This document shows, in pieces, positions 46,620 through 57,500 of a stretch of 64,000 nucleotides of DNA (position 1 is the stretch's first letter; every line of letters starts with the position of its first letter). Location of the stretch: contig BLSG01000337.1 of assembly GCA_012862495.1 (NCBI GenBank), positions 142,413 through 206,412 on the forward strand. Direction: 5' to 3'. The stretch comes from Thraustochytrium aureum. Taxonomy: Eukaryota. The position numbers were made by a program, and so were the translations under genes. A model generated the notes under the pieces. That model was not told the DNA's origin and did not search any database. It was given only the letters and a program-made list of their open reading frames with translations.

Positions 46620-47681
46620 CTACGCCTGGAGGAAAGCAATGACCGGGTCCTCGAAGGCGTCGCCAGAGAGGTACACATGGTGCGAGCCCGGAATGCGGAG
46701 CACCTTGGCATTACGCAAGCGGACCGCGGCCTCGTGCGCAGCGTGGATGTCGCGCGCCATCCAGTCTTGGTCGCCGAAAACAATCAGTGTCTTTCGATCC
46801 GGCGCGCGTGGCAGCACATCGACCAAAGGGTCGATCCGCGCAAAAGCGCCGGGGGCGAGCAAATGGCCCAGGGCATGCTCGCCGCTCGCAGGAGCGGCCG
46901 AGATGTGGTGGATGTAATCCACCATGAGCGCGTCGTGCTCCTCCGGCACGAGCCCTTTGATGCCCAGCGTACGGTCGCCGAAGCGCCTGTCCACAAATCC
47001 TTGCACAAAGCGCCTGCCAAGCGGTCCCGTCCCGCGGATCACATGGTTCGGGTTGAGCCCGGCCTCCCAGAGGTAAAACAGCACCCGAAACTGCCAAGGG
47101 AGGTCCTTTGGCATCTCCGGGGCGCGAGGGAAGCCGACGGGCGAGGCCAGAACGAGGTGGTCGACACGGCGCGCGTGAACAGGGTTGTCTAGGTAATGTG
47201 CTGCGAGGTACCCGCCGAGCGAGTGCCCGACGAGGTCGAAGCGCTCAATCTCGCGCTTTTCGCGCCAAGCCTCAAACGACTCTATGAAGAAACCGAGAGC
47301 CTCTCGCTCGTTCTTGGCGGACCACGCTGGCCGTGCAGAGCCGCCGCAGCCGAGCCAGTCAAGGGCGATGACGGGGCGCTCGGTGCGCAGCGCGAGGGCC
47401 ACCAGCGTGTTGGCGAACAAGAGCGAGCCCGCCATATACCCATGGCACACTATGATGGGAGGCTTGCCAGCAACGCGGCCTGCCTCGCTCGCTTCGACCG
47501 ACTCGCACTCGATACTGTGAAGGGTCCGTGCCTCCCCATTCACCGGCCCAATATCAGTATGCTTGCGCACGAACTTGACGGGCCGATTCTCCGCCAAGCA
47601 CTGCTTCTCCACCAGCGCAATCACCTTGTCTTGCACTGCCTCGAGCCCAGCTGGCGAGTATCCCGTCCACGCGTTGCCCAT
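46620..47681 (-). CDS. Alpha/beta hydrolase, ABHD4/ABHD5/CLD1-like lipid hydrolase
   Basis: HGYMAG, DWLGCGGSARP, FIESFEAWR, GHSLGGY, LASPVG, SGE, FGDQDWM, SHHVYL. MG start may be myristoylated. Confidence 0.88.
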   Translation of the reverse strand: MGNAWTGYSPAGLEAVQDKVIALVEKQCLAENRPVKFVRKHTDIGPVNGEARTLHSIECESVEASEAGRVAGKPPIIVCHGYMAGSLLFANTLVALALRTERPVIALDWLGCGGSARPAWSAKNEREALGFFIESFEAWREKREIERFDLVGHSLGGYLAAHYLDNPVHARRVDHLVLASPVGFPRAPEMPKDLPWQFRVLFYLWEAGLNPNHVIRGTGPLGRRFVQGFVDRRFGDRTLGIKGLVPEEHDALMVDYIHHISAAPASGEHALGHLLAPGAFARIDPLVDVLPRAPDRKTLIVFGDQDWMARDIHAAHEAAVRLRNAKVLRIPGSHHVYLSGDAFEDPVIAFLQA

Positions 47682-48301
47682 TTTCCGCTCGCGGTGAAGC
47701 CCACGAGAACGCCCGAGCGCCCACCCCGCCGGCTCCTCAGGCCTCGTCGGGCTCAAAAAGACCGCGCAGTGCGTCAGACAGTCCTCACGCGGCCCAGCAC
47801 GGCGTGCGTACAGGTCCAGCCAGTCGGGTCCTCGGTCTGCTCAGCCGGCCTCCACGCGCGTGCGTCAACGCGCCACTTTCGCGCACTGCTTCGATTGTTG
47901 AACATGCACGACACCAACGACAGCAAAAGCGAAAAAAAAAGAAAAGCGAAGTGTGGCCAGAGCGCTACCGAAACGCACCTTGGCTGCCCTTCGCTCTGTT
48001 CTTCGTGGTGTGTGCGCGTTGCTCTCTTCCTCCATGAGGGCCAACGAAATGTGCGCGTGTTCTGCTGGAGGTTATGGGTGTGCGCGTGTTGTTCTGTATC
48101 TGCAACGGTCACTTGGCGGCAACATGGAACGGGCAGCTGGCAGACAGACACGAGAGCGAGGCAGGCGGGCGGGCGGGAAGGAGAGACCAGCAGGGCGTTC
48201 AAGCAGAGGACGTAGAGACCGGCCTCGTGGGTTTGAAGGGCGGTGGTGGGCGGCAACGCTAACGCTTGTGGCGCAGCTGGCTGCTGCGCGGGCTGGGCCA
48301 G

Positions 48302-51300
48302 ATGATGCCGTCGCTGTTCCCAGAAGAGTTTCGCAACCTGCCGAAGGACTGCGTTGAACGCATTTGGGATGCCTTCCTAGACCAGGCGGACGGGGTCTAC
48401 CTGGACCGAGCCCAGTTCGACGCGACGTTTGGGGTTGCTGACAAAGAAGTTAAAATTTTTGCAGACGCAACAAACCAGGCTGCGCGGCCCGGAGCCGCTC
48501 GCAAGCTCCTCCTGGAAAGCGATGCGCTGCAAAAGCTCTTCGTCCTTTTTGAAATGCCCAACTCCCCAGGCTGGGTCGATGGGATCGAAGTCCTCTCCGG
48601 GATCATCATGAGCTCCAACCAGCTCTCTCGCCGGGAAAAAATGCTGCTCGTGCGAGACAGGCTGATGCTCTTCTCCTCGCTCAACCTGTCTTCAGCAATA
48701 AACGGCGCGAGCCTCGCGCTAGGCGACCGCCGTTTGCTCGAAACCGACCAAGACCGGGCAACGTGCCGCGAAAACGACCTCATCATGCTCGCAGACAAGT
48801 TCGCGCACAAAAAAATCCCTATTCGCGTGCAGGTCCTCAAGACCGGCCCCGACGTGGTGGAGCAGAGCCTCAAGATCGCCGTTGCCGGATCGGTCGTGCC
48901 CTTTGACGACCAAGGCGTCGCACAAGTTATCGCGGAGAGCAACAGCGAGGCGACCATCGGGTCTTGGCGGTTCAAACTCAAGTCGAACCCGTGTCTCAAG
49001 TTGCGCGGAAAGACAGACTTTGACGAAGCCGAGCTCAAGATCCTTGAGCTCGACGGGCTCAACGAGCGAGGCGATGCAGACGACGACGAGGACTCGGACG
49101 ATGAAGAGGACAGGGCGTTCAAGCTTCAACTCGAAGAGTCAAAGTCGAAGACCGGGACCGCTCCTGTTGTGTTGAAACGCGGGTTGGCCGTGGCTTCTGC
49201 GGCGGTGAGCGCTGCGCGACATAGCGCCGCGCACAGCGCCGCTTCAGCCGCTGGCACTGCTGGCCCTGTCCAAAATGACCTGCATGACCTCTACGAGCTC
49301 GCAGCGACGTACGGCATCGACAACAACGTTGGCGCGAAGCAGATCGCAAGCGGCGAGATTGTCTCCGCCTGCGGGCGGTTCATCACCGTCGAAGACCTCC
49401 TCGGCGTGCGGACAGGCGACTCTGGCGCGGCCAAGAGGGAGCCAGCGCGTTTGGTCCGTGCACGAAGCGCAAGTTAGCGCTGTTGAGGTGCATCCCAACG
49501 GGCGCTGGGTGGTCTCCGCCGATGTGGTGAGCCGCAAGGTGCAAATCTGGGACGCGCAAAAGCTGCAACTCGTCGCTTGCATCGACACCTTGTTCGCGGG
49601 CCCTCGCATCCTATCCGTGTCGCGGTGCGGAAACGCGCTTTTCGTCGCCACCGACGCGGACGCCGTGCTAACGTATGCCTTTTACGACATCACGCACCCC
49701 GACCGCGTGGTTTTAGTGCACGCTGATAGGATCCCTTCCGGCGTCGCGACCAGGATCTCGCGCGCGGAGATGCTGTCCAAAGACGAGGTGGTGCTTGCCG
49801 GCGACGAAATGGTCCGCCTTTCTGCTGACGGCGCCTTGGCGCGAATGCGTTGGGGGAAGACGGCGCCCAAGGCGCAACAGGACAGTCTGGCCGTCTTGTA
49901 CGGCAGCCGTTCGTGCGTGAGCGGGTCGGCGGCGAATGGCGCGGTCTATCTTTGGGCGAACGACGTCTGCGTCAAGCACGTCCAGCTCGAGGACGGCCTG
50001 AAGGTTTGCTCGCTGGTCGCGAACGGGTCGAGCTCCATCGCGTGCGGGCTCTCAAACGGGACCGTTCGGCTTTTCTCGACACGCAACCTCGAGCCCCTTA
50101 GCGACGGACGAAGCCTCCCAACCAAGGAGGGAGGTGCCGCGTTGCGGTCGGAGAGCGGCGCCGCCAGCTCGGACCCGGCGCGACCAGGCAGGCTCGAAGC
50201 CTTGCATGCGGGACTATCAGGCCTATTGGCCAGCTCGGATAACGGGTCGCTCTTCTGGTACTCGTTCAAAGGGTCCGCAGAGGCGGCGTGGACACTGCTC
50301 AAAGTGGGTCACGGCGGCTTGGAGCAGATCAAGTGGGCTTGGTGCGGCAGCGAAACGATACTCGCAACTTCGGGGGGGGACGGCCAGCTGCGCGCCTGGC
50401 GCCTGCCTTGCTCAGACCAGCAGCGCGAAGAAGAATCGCACCGCGCGAAAACGCTCCAGCCGCACGACCAGCAGATCCTGCTCGGTGGTGCTGGGCCAAT
50501 GTCGCAGCTCACCATTCGCCACGACCTCTTGATGAGCCGCGCTGGTCTTCCGGCCACCGTGACCGCCCTCGCAGGCGACCGGTCAAGGGTCTTCGCTGCC
50601 ATCGAAGGGCGCAAGATCCTTGCAGTGGACATCCACGCCCCAAACACCGCGAGCTACGACCCGATTGATTGCTCGCTGCCCCACGTCGACCAGCTGGCAG
50701 CATCAGACAACCTTGTTGCCGCCTGCTGCCTCAAGGCCCAGACGATTGAGATCCGCGCGTTCCCGAGCGGCAAGCTGGTTTCCAAGCTGCGCTTCCAGTC
50801 TGCTGGACAGCTCCTGGGCACCGCCGAGCTTAGTTTTGCAGTTTCAGAGGCGGGCGAGACCGTGCTTGTGTTTGGCCAAGCCTTTGCTTGGGACGTCAAG
50901 ACCTGGCGCCGCCTCGACCAAGCCCCTCGGCGTAGCACTGGGCCCAGCCTTTACTGGCCCGTGGCGGGGAGAACAAGCTTGGCACTCTACAAGCGCACCG
51001 CCCCGGTAACCGAGTTCAAAGACAGCCACCGAGGCGAGCAGCAGAGCGCGCCGCACTTTACGCGCGCTCTGTGCCTACCGCGCCCATACCTCACAGAGAC
51101 GAGTCCTGTGGTCGCTGCTGACGGACTCGCCGTTCGCGCGGTGGCGGTGCATCCGGACTGGGGCAAAGCCGTCGTCGCACTGGCAACCGAGCAGCCAGCT
51201 GTGCAGGTGAATGGGTACCGGCTTCGCGTTGATGACCCCGTTCAGGCGCTGGCCTTCGGCACGGGAAGTCTCCTTGCCGTTTGCACCAACTCTCGCCTAG

Positions 51301-51827
51301 TTCTCTTCGATTGGAGCTGCGGAGCACAGCTGGCGTCGTCGCCTCTCCCGACGCAATCGAACAATACGCTTGCGCTGGCAATCTCGCAAGTCGCTGTACC
51401 CCTCGACGAGCAGCCGGAGAAGGTCCAGTCGGCCGCAGGAACTCCCAAGCGACGGGCAGAGTTGGCCACTGTGGTGGCGCGCGTGAACGGCTTCGGAGAT
51501 ATTCAAGTGTGGCGCCAGCTTGCAGGCGGCTGCACGCTTCGCTGGGAGCCTGCGCTATCCGTCGTTGGCGCGAACGCCACATGCATCACCGCTTCGGGGT
51601 ACTACGGCACAACTAGCGGAGCCATTCGCTCGTGGACCAACGAAAGTGCGCCGTCCGGCGAGCACACTGGCGGGGTGCGCGACCTCTTTGAGGACAAGCA
51701 CGGCTTTCTTTCTGCCGGCACAGACGGGGCTGTGCGTGCCTGGACGGCAACAATGCAGCAAGTACCGATTCGCAAGGAGGATGTGATCGCACACGCCGCT
51801 CCGATTGTTAGTGTGTTCAGGAATCCG
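48302..51827 (+). CDS. EML/EMAP-like WD40 protein with degenerate EF-hand-like N-terminus; frameshift near 49438; 3' end in gap
   Basis: LYELAATYG..NNV...SGEIV...QRVWSVHEAQVSAVEVHP resembles the EML HELP/first WD segment; many WD-like repeats (GHGG...ATSGGDGQLRAW; HTGGV...LSAGTDGAVRAW). Confidence 0.6.
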
Positions 51828-52439
51828 NNNNNNNNNNNNNNNNNNNNNNNNNNNNNNNNNNNNNNNNNNNNNNNNNNNNNNNNNNNNNNNNNNNNNNNNN
51901 NNNNNNNNNNNNNNNNNNNNNNNNNNNNNNNNNNNNNNNNNNNNNNNNNNNNNNNNNNNNNNNNNNNNNNNNNNNNNNNNNNNNNNNNNNNNNNNNNNNN
52001 NNNNNNNNNNNNNNNNNNNNNNNNNNNNNNNNNNNNNNNNNNNNNNNNNNNNNNNNNNNNNNNNNNNNNNNNNNNNNNNNNNNNNNNNNNNNNNNNNNNN
52101 NNNNNNNNNNNNNNNNNNNNNNNNNNNNNNNNNNNNNNNNNNNNNNNNNNNNNNNNNNNNNNNNNNNNNNNNNNNNNNNNNNNNNNNNNNNNNNNNNNNN
52201 NNNNNNNNNNNNNNNNNNNNNNNNNNNNNNNNNNNNNNNNNNNNNNNNNNNNNNNNNNNNNNNNNNNNNNNNNNNNNNNNNNNNNNNNNNNNNNNNNNNN
52301 NNNNNNNNNNNNNNNNNNNNNNNNNNNNNNNNNNNNNNNNNNNNNNNNNNNNNNNNNNNNNNNNNNNNNNNNNNNNNNNNNNNNNNNNNNNNNNNNNNNN
52401 NNNNNNNNCACATTTCTTTCTTTCTTGGCCAGAACAACG

Positions 52440-53876
52440 TCAGAATGAGCCGTCTCCAGCGCGGCGGGACCGCAGCTCCTTCTCCTTCACGAGCTCAGCG
52501 AGTGACACCCCTGATGGGCCAAGGTGATTCTTGCGCACGTCGAGGCTGACCAAGGGGCAGTCGCTTCTTCGCAGCGCGCTCACGAGCCTCTCTCCGTCCT
52601 CCTCGCAAAGTTCGTTGCAAGCAATGTTGAGCGCGCAAATGCTCGAGTTGCCTTGCTCGAGGAGGCGCGCAAGAGCCTCTGCGCTCCGGCTCGCGAGGGA
52701 GTTGGAGCCGAGGTTGAGGAGCGACAGCGTGGTGTTGTGCTCCAAGCTCTCCAGGAGGTGGCGTCCGCCTTCGTCAGTGAGCCGGTTCAGCCGGAGGTTG
52801 AGATCAAGCAAGCTTGTGTTCCTTCGAAGGGCGCGACCGAGATACCGACCGCCCTCAACGTGTATTTGGTTGTCGCACAGGTCCAGTGAGGCTAGCACCG
52901 ACTTTGGCCCGAGCAGCTTGGAGAGCAAGCGAACGCCGTGGTTGGTGATCTTGTTGTGCGAGAGGTCCAGATGCGTCACCGTACAGTTGGAGATGAGCCC
53001 AGTCATGAGCATCCTTAGGAGGTCGTCGTCGATCAGGTTACTTGGCAAAGAGAGCGCTGTCAGAGCACTGGTCTTCTTTATGGCGCAGGCCAGCGAGGTT
53101 GCGTCGCACATTTTCATCCCAAAAAGCGCCCGCTCGTACTGCATCCCGATGCGCTTGACCCCGAACGTGAGCGCGAGGCGCGACAGGTTTGGCAGATTGT
53201 CGAACAACACGTTGAGGTCGATGTGCGACAGGAGCTGCTCGATCTTGAGCTGGAAGACATAGTCTTTTGAAGCGCGAAGGTGCTTCAAGATAATTTCCTC
53301 CGTGACCTCCTCTGTCTCTTTGCGCGTCCCTTCGATGGCTTCCAAGGTACGATCCGCTTGCGTTGCGGCGCCGCGAGGCCGACGGGCGGCGAGCTCCTCG
53401 TCAGGAATGTAGTCTTCTAAAAGGTCTTGCAGAACACGCTCCAAGTACAGTTGTTTCCAGGTCATGCCGTGGTCTGCCAGCTGAAAGTGCTTCCAAGGGC
53501 GGCTCAGGGCGCGCCTTTTCCAATAGTTTTCGTCAAAGATGTTGGCTGAGGCAACCTCGACGTCAAGATCCACACCGAGAAGCGAGGTCAGGAGAGGGAC
53601 CTGCTTCCCGGGTACTCTATGAATCATTGGTCGTGCTGCAAAGTGCTCCGCCATCACCTTGAGGCACATCGACGCAAGCGTCTCTGGGTTGTACTTGACC
53701 TTTGCCTTCTTCCGGGTACCAACTAGCACCGAAGCATTTCCAACCGCCTCGGCCGCCTTGCTCTCCACCACAGCTGCATCCTGCCGCCTCGCAGCGCGAA
53801 GGTGCCTTCCTTTGAAGAGCCGCACTTGATCCGCGACGGCCACCTCGGTCGTCGTCGCCCCGATCGCACCTTCCAT
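52440..53876 (-). CDS. DRC5: Dynein regulatory complex subunit 5 (LRR protein)
   Basis: DENYWKR...HGMTWKQLYLER, LTFGVKRIGMQYERALFGM, RNI-like LRRs (LDLSHNKI, LNLRLNRL); matches TCTE1/DRC5 architecture. Confidence 0.9.
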   Translation of the reverse strand: MEGAIGATTTEVAVADQVRLFKGRHLRAARRQDAAVVESKAAEAVGNASVLVGTRKKAKVKYNPETLASMCLKVMAEHFAARPMIHRVPGKQVPLLTSLLGVDLDVEVASANIFDENYWKRRALSRPWKHFQLADHGMTWKQLYLERVLQDLLEDYIPDEELAARRPRGAATQADRTLEAIEGTRKETEEVTEEIILKHLRASKDYVFQLKIEQLLSHIDLNVLFDNLPNLSRLALTFGVKRIGMQYERALFGMKMCDATSLACAIKKTSALTALSLPSNLIDDDLLRMLMTGLISNCTVTHLDLSHNKITNHGVRLLSKLLGPKSVLASLDLCDNQIHVEGGRYLGRALRRNTSLLDLNLRLNRLTDEGGRHLLESLEHNTTLSLLNLGSNSLASRSAEALARLLEQGNSSICALNIACNELCEEDGERLVSALRRSDCPLVSLDVRKNHLGPSGVSLAELVKEKELRSRRAGDGSF

Positions 53877-54551
53877 CCCGCCGCGCCGCTCAGCAGAACG
53901 CCCCCTGGCCAGCCTGCCAGCGAGCCGGANNNNNNNNNNNNNNNNNNNNNNNNNNNNNNNNNNNNNNNNNNNNNNNNNNNNNNNNNNNNNNNNNNNNNNN
54001 NNNNNNNNNNNNNNNNNNNNNNNNNNNNNNNNNNNNNNNNNNNNNNNNNNNNNNNNNNNNNNNNNNNNNNNNNNNNNNNNNNNNNNNNNNNNNNNNNNNN
54101 NNNNNNNNNNNNNNNNNNNNNNNNNNNNNNNNNNNNNNNNNNNNNNNNNNNNNNNNNNNNNNNNNNTCTCGGCTCTGCTCTGCCGCGCTCGAAACGGTAC
54201 TCTTCCGCTGCGATCAAAGAATACTTCCTTCCTTCGCATGAAGCTGGGTTGGGCTCAAGCAGCTGGGTTGGGTGTTGGAATGGAGAGAAGCTTTCTTTTG
54301 TTCGTCATGTAAGAGAGGCGTTTTGGGTCTCTGTTGTTGTTTCCACTGTCCGCTCGAGTGGGACGCAGCAGCAACGGGAAGCAAACCGGGAAAGCAAGAA
54401 AGAGAGAGCGCGCTGCGCGGCGCGAACGGGGGCGCCTCGTCCAGGAGAGGCCAGATCGATTGCTGCGGCAGCGGAAGAGGCAGGTGGCCTGGCGCGGCTG
54501 TGAGCGGGCCTGCGCGGACCGTGGCTTGGGTCGGCCCAACGAATTGCGACA

Positions 54552-57500
54552 ATGGACCTCGGAAATGCTCGTGTTGCAGGGCCAAAGCGCAGGAGACGCG
54601 GCGAAGAGCGCGCAGAGGAGACGGCTGGACCGAAGGCGAGTGACAAGGTGATGCTGAAGGCTGCTGCGGCCCTTCAGGTCGCACGCGATGTCGGCTCGCG
54701 CTGGGATGGCCTGCCTCTCGAGCAGCTGTACGGCTTGCTCGGCAACGTTTCTGACTCGATTGAAATGTTTGTGGCATCGCACGACGTTGCGTCGGTGCAA
54801 CATACCTGGGGGGTTTTGAGCGAAGCGCTCGTTCACTCAGAACCCGTCGTACGATCGAGAGTTTTGCAGCTTATTTTGCAAACCATTGAGCGTGCCCCGG
54901 TCTCGTTTTCCCTCTGCAACGACAAGCTCGCAACAGAGCTCGTGGACGAGCTCTTCGACATGGTTTATGGCGACGAACTCGAGATCAACAGGCACCTCGC
55001 TGTACATATCCTCGGCATCCTTGGCGGGACATACGCCGGGCATGTGTCGGGGCAGGACGAACCTGCTCCTGCAGACGACACCAAGCCCGTCTCGAAGGTC
55101 TCGAATCCTCAAGTTGCAAGCCAGATCCTTGGCACCTTGGCGGGCATCCTGGCGGCGTTCTTCAACTCCTCGTACTCGGACCCTAGTGCCCAGACGGGCC
55201 TTGCCTCGCCAATGCAGGTTCGCCTCCGACCGTTTCGCGAGGAGAACTCCGAGCAAAACCGCTTCCTTGTTGTTGTTTTGGACGCACTACTCTCTGTACA
55301 GGTTCACAGCGACAAGTCTCTTCCGGCTGGGATCCGCTGTAGCCTGTTCTTCATGTTCGCAGAGCTGCTCGCGGCGAGCGAGGTCCCACTCTCCCGTTCG
55401 ATCACCTTCAAGATCCTCAAGATCCTCAATGTGGAGTCTGAGTACCTCATGGCAGGCGGCAGCGACTCTGACGCGCAGCAGTGGTTCTCGGCCGCAGTGG
55501 CGTTTAGTGGAGTTTTCACGCCGCTTGTTCAGGCGCTCGTCGCGCGCAAGCTGGGCAAGCACTCCGAGAAGGAGGCTCTCGCGTTCTTGGCAACGTGGAT
55601 GAAGTTCTTTCTAGGAGTAGACAAGCTGGAGATGCGGCTTAAGGCGATCGAGCTGCGCGCTCGGGGATTAGATCATTTCCCTGCACTCTTGCCCGCTCGC
55701 ATTCCGCACTTCCCAGAGCGTCAGGCCCTCCTCGCCGACATTTACAGAGAGCGTGCAGATGCCCGCGCCGAGCTCAGGCTTCGTCTAGAAGCAGTTCGCA
55801 ACGTCTTGCACTTCCCGGGCACAGCAACGCGACTGCAGAGCCAGCGCCGGTTTGCTCGGGCCGATCAAGACGAAGCTATCGAGCTTACGCTGTTCTCGAG
55901 CTCCTCCGGTGAGCTGCATGGCGTTGGCTCCGTGTCCGTATTTGTGCCGGCGTCCAGCGGGGCGACAGTGCATTTGGCGGCACCACCGCCGGACCTGCCG
56001 GAGGTTCCCTTCGATTGCACAACTGTACCACCTGTGCTGTTCCCGGACGAGGCAGCCTGCGCCCCCCCTGTGGTCCCTGCAAAAATGCTGGAGGACTTTC
56101 CTGACCTGGCTGCGATCCTTCAGCTCGGGCTGAGCCCCTACCCTCCGGCCTGCGCCGATGGTCAGGGTCAAAACAAGACACACGAAAGCGAAAGCAGTGA
56201 CTATCTGCTTGCATCAGACCTGACGCAAGGCCCTGGGGACCTCGGGGCGGCTCGCTCCGGCTCACCAGCATCCGCTCACGTCGAGGTCCGGCGGCCTGGA
56301 GTGCTTGCTCAAGTCGACTGCAGCGCTCCCATCATCAGCCCCCGCGAACTGAAGCGAAAGCTGAGCGCGTTTACAACAAGCGTCGACGATGCAAGTGATC
56401 CGAAGGAGATTGCTTCAGGTCTTGGCGGTTTCGCAGAGCCCGGAACGTTTCCAACAGGCTTCGCTTCGCAGCCGTGTTGGGAGATCTTCCGCCTTACCCA
56501 GGCAGACATCGAGGCGTATTTAGAAGCCGACATAGAACTCCGGAGTTCCTGGCAACCTCCGCTCCAGGACCCGTCGATTGGCTCGGCAAACAACGCCCGC
56601 CGAAGCGTGGGAGGTCAGACCCTCTCTGCAAGGTCTCGCCCGATCGTCTCTGCCTTCCACGACCTGGACAAGAAGCTTGGACGCACTGCGCCAGAGACTC
56701 CCGGGATTCTAATCCCGCGGGCCACGTTTCAAGTCTGGCTGTTTGAGTCGCTCAACGTCCCTCTGCTTCGCTACACGCTCGAGGTCGCTTCCGTCGCGCT
56801 CGTGGGCGAGCGCGAGCAAGAGAATCTCAGTGACGGAGGCCAAAACGAGCGCCAGCTGCAGCTGCTAAAGGCCTCTTCGTGGGCGATAGGTTCTTCTGTG
56901 GAGCTACTTGTGACGACCGCAGACTCGCGAGCTTCCGGTCGCCGCGAGCCGACCGAGACCTTCAAGGTCGTTGCCACAGTTCGAGACTTGAGCGAGGACG
57001 AAGCTGGCGTCCCTGTATGGCGTACAGACCCCAGCACATCCGGTGTTCTGGGCTCACCCGTACCTGCTGGCCGCCTTGGAAGTGATTCTTTGCTTTACGC
57101 TCCGCCGATCAATTGGCCTGTAAACCCTGTGCACTACGACCAGACGGACTCGGTCCCGCTTTTCGGCCCGCACACAAGGCTCCTGCAAGAGCCTGCGGGC
57201 TTTCTCGCGGACGGCACGCGCTTGTTCAATGCTGCAAGCCCCGGGTCTTTCGTTCCGGTCGCTTATTCAAACTCTGGTGCTCCCCTGTACCAGGCTAGAG
57301 GCGGGTATTTGCCTCGACCGACCGGGTACACGTCCACTGGAGTTCCTTTTTACTCCATCCCTCTGCTCGCAGCAGACCCCGGGTTCCGGCTCAACCTCGT
57401 GCGCCGCGGACTCGTACGCAGGGCAATCGCACTCGCTGCGAAGGTTGCTCGCGCCAAGTCGCGCGCTGCGCTCCAACGAGCGCCCAAAGGTGGTGATTCC

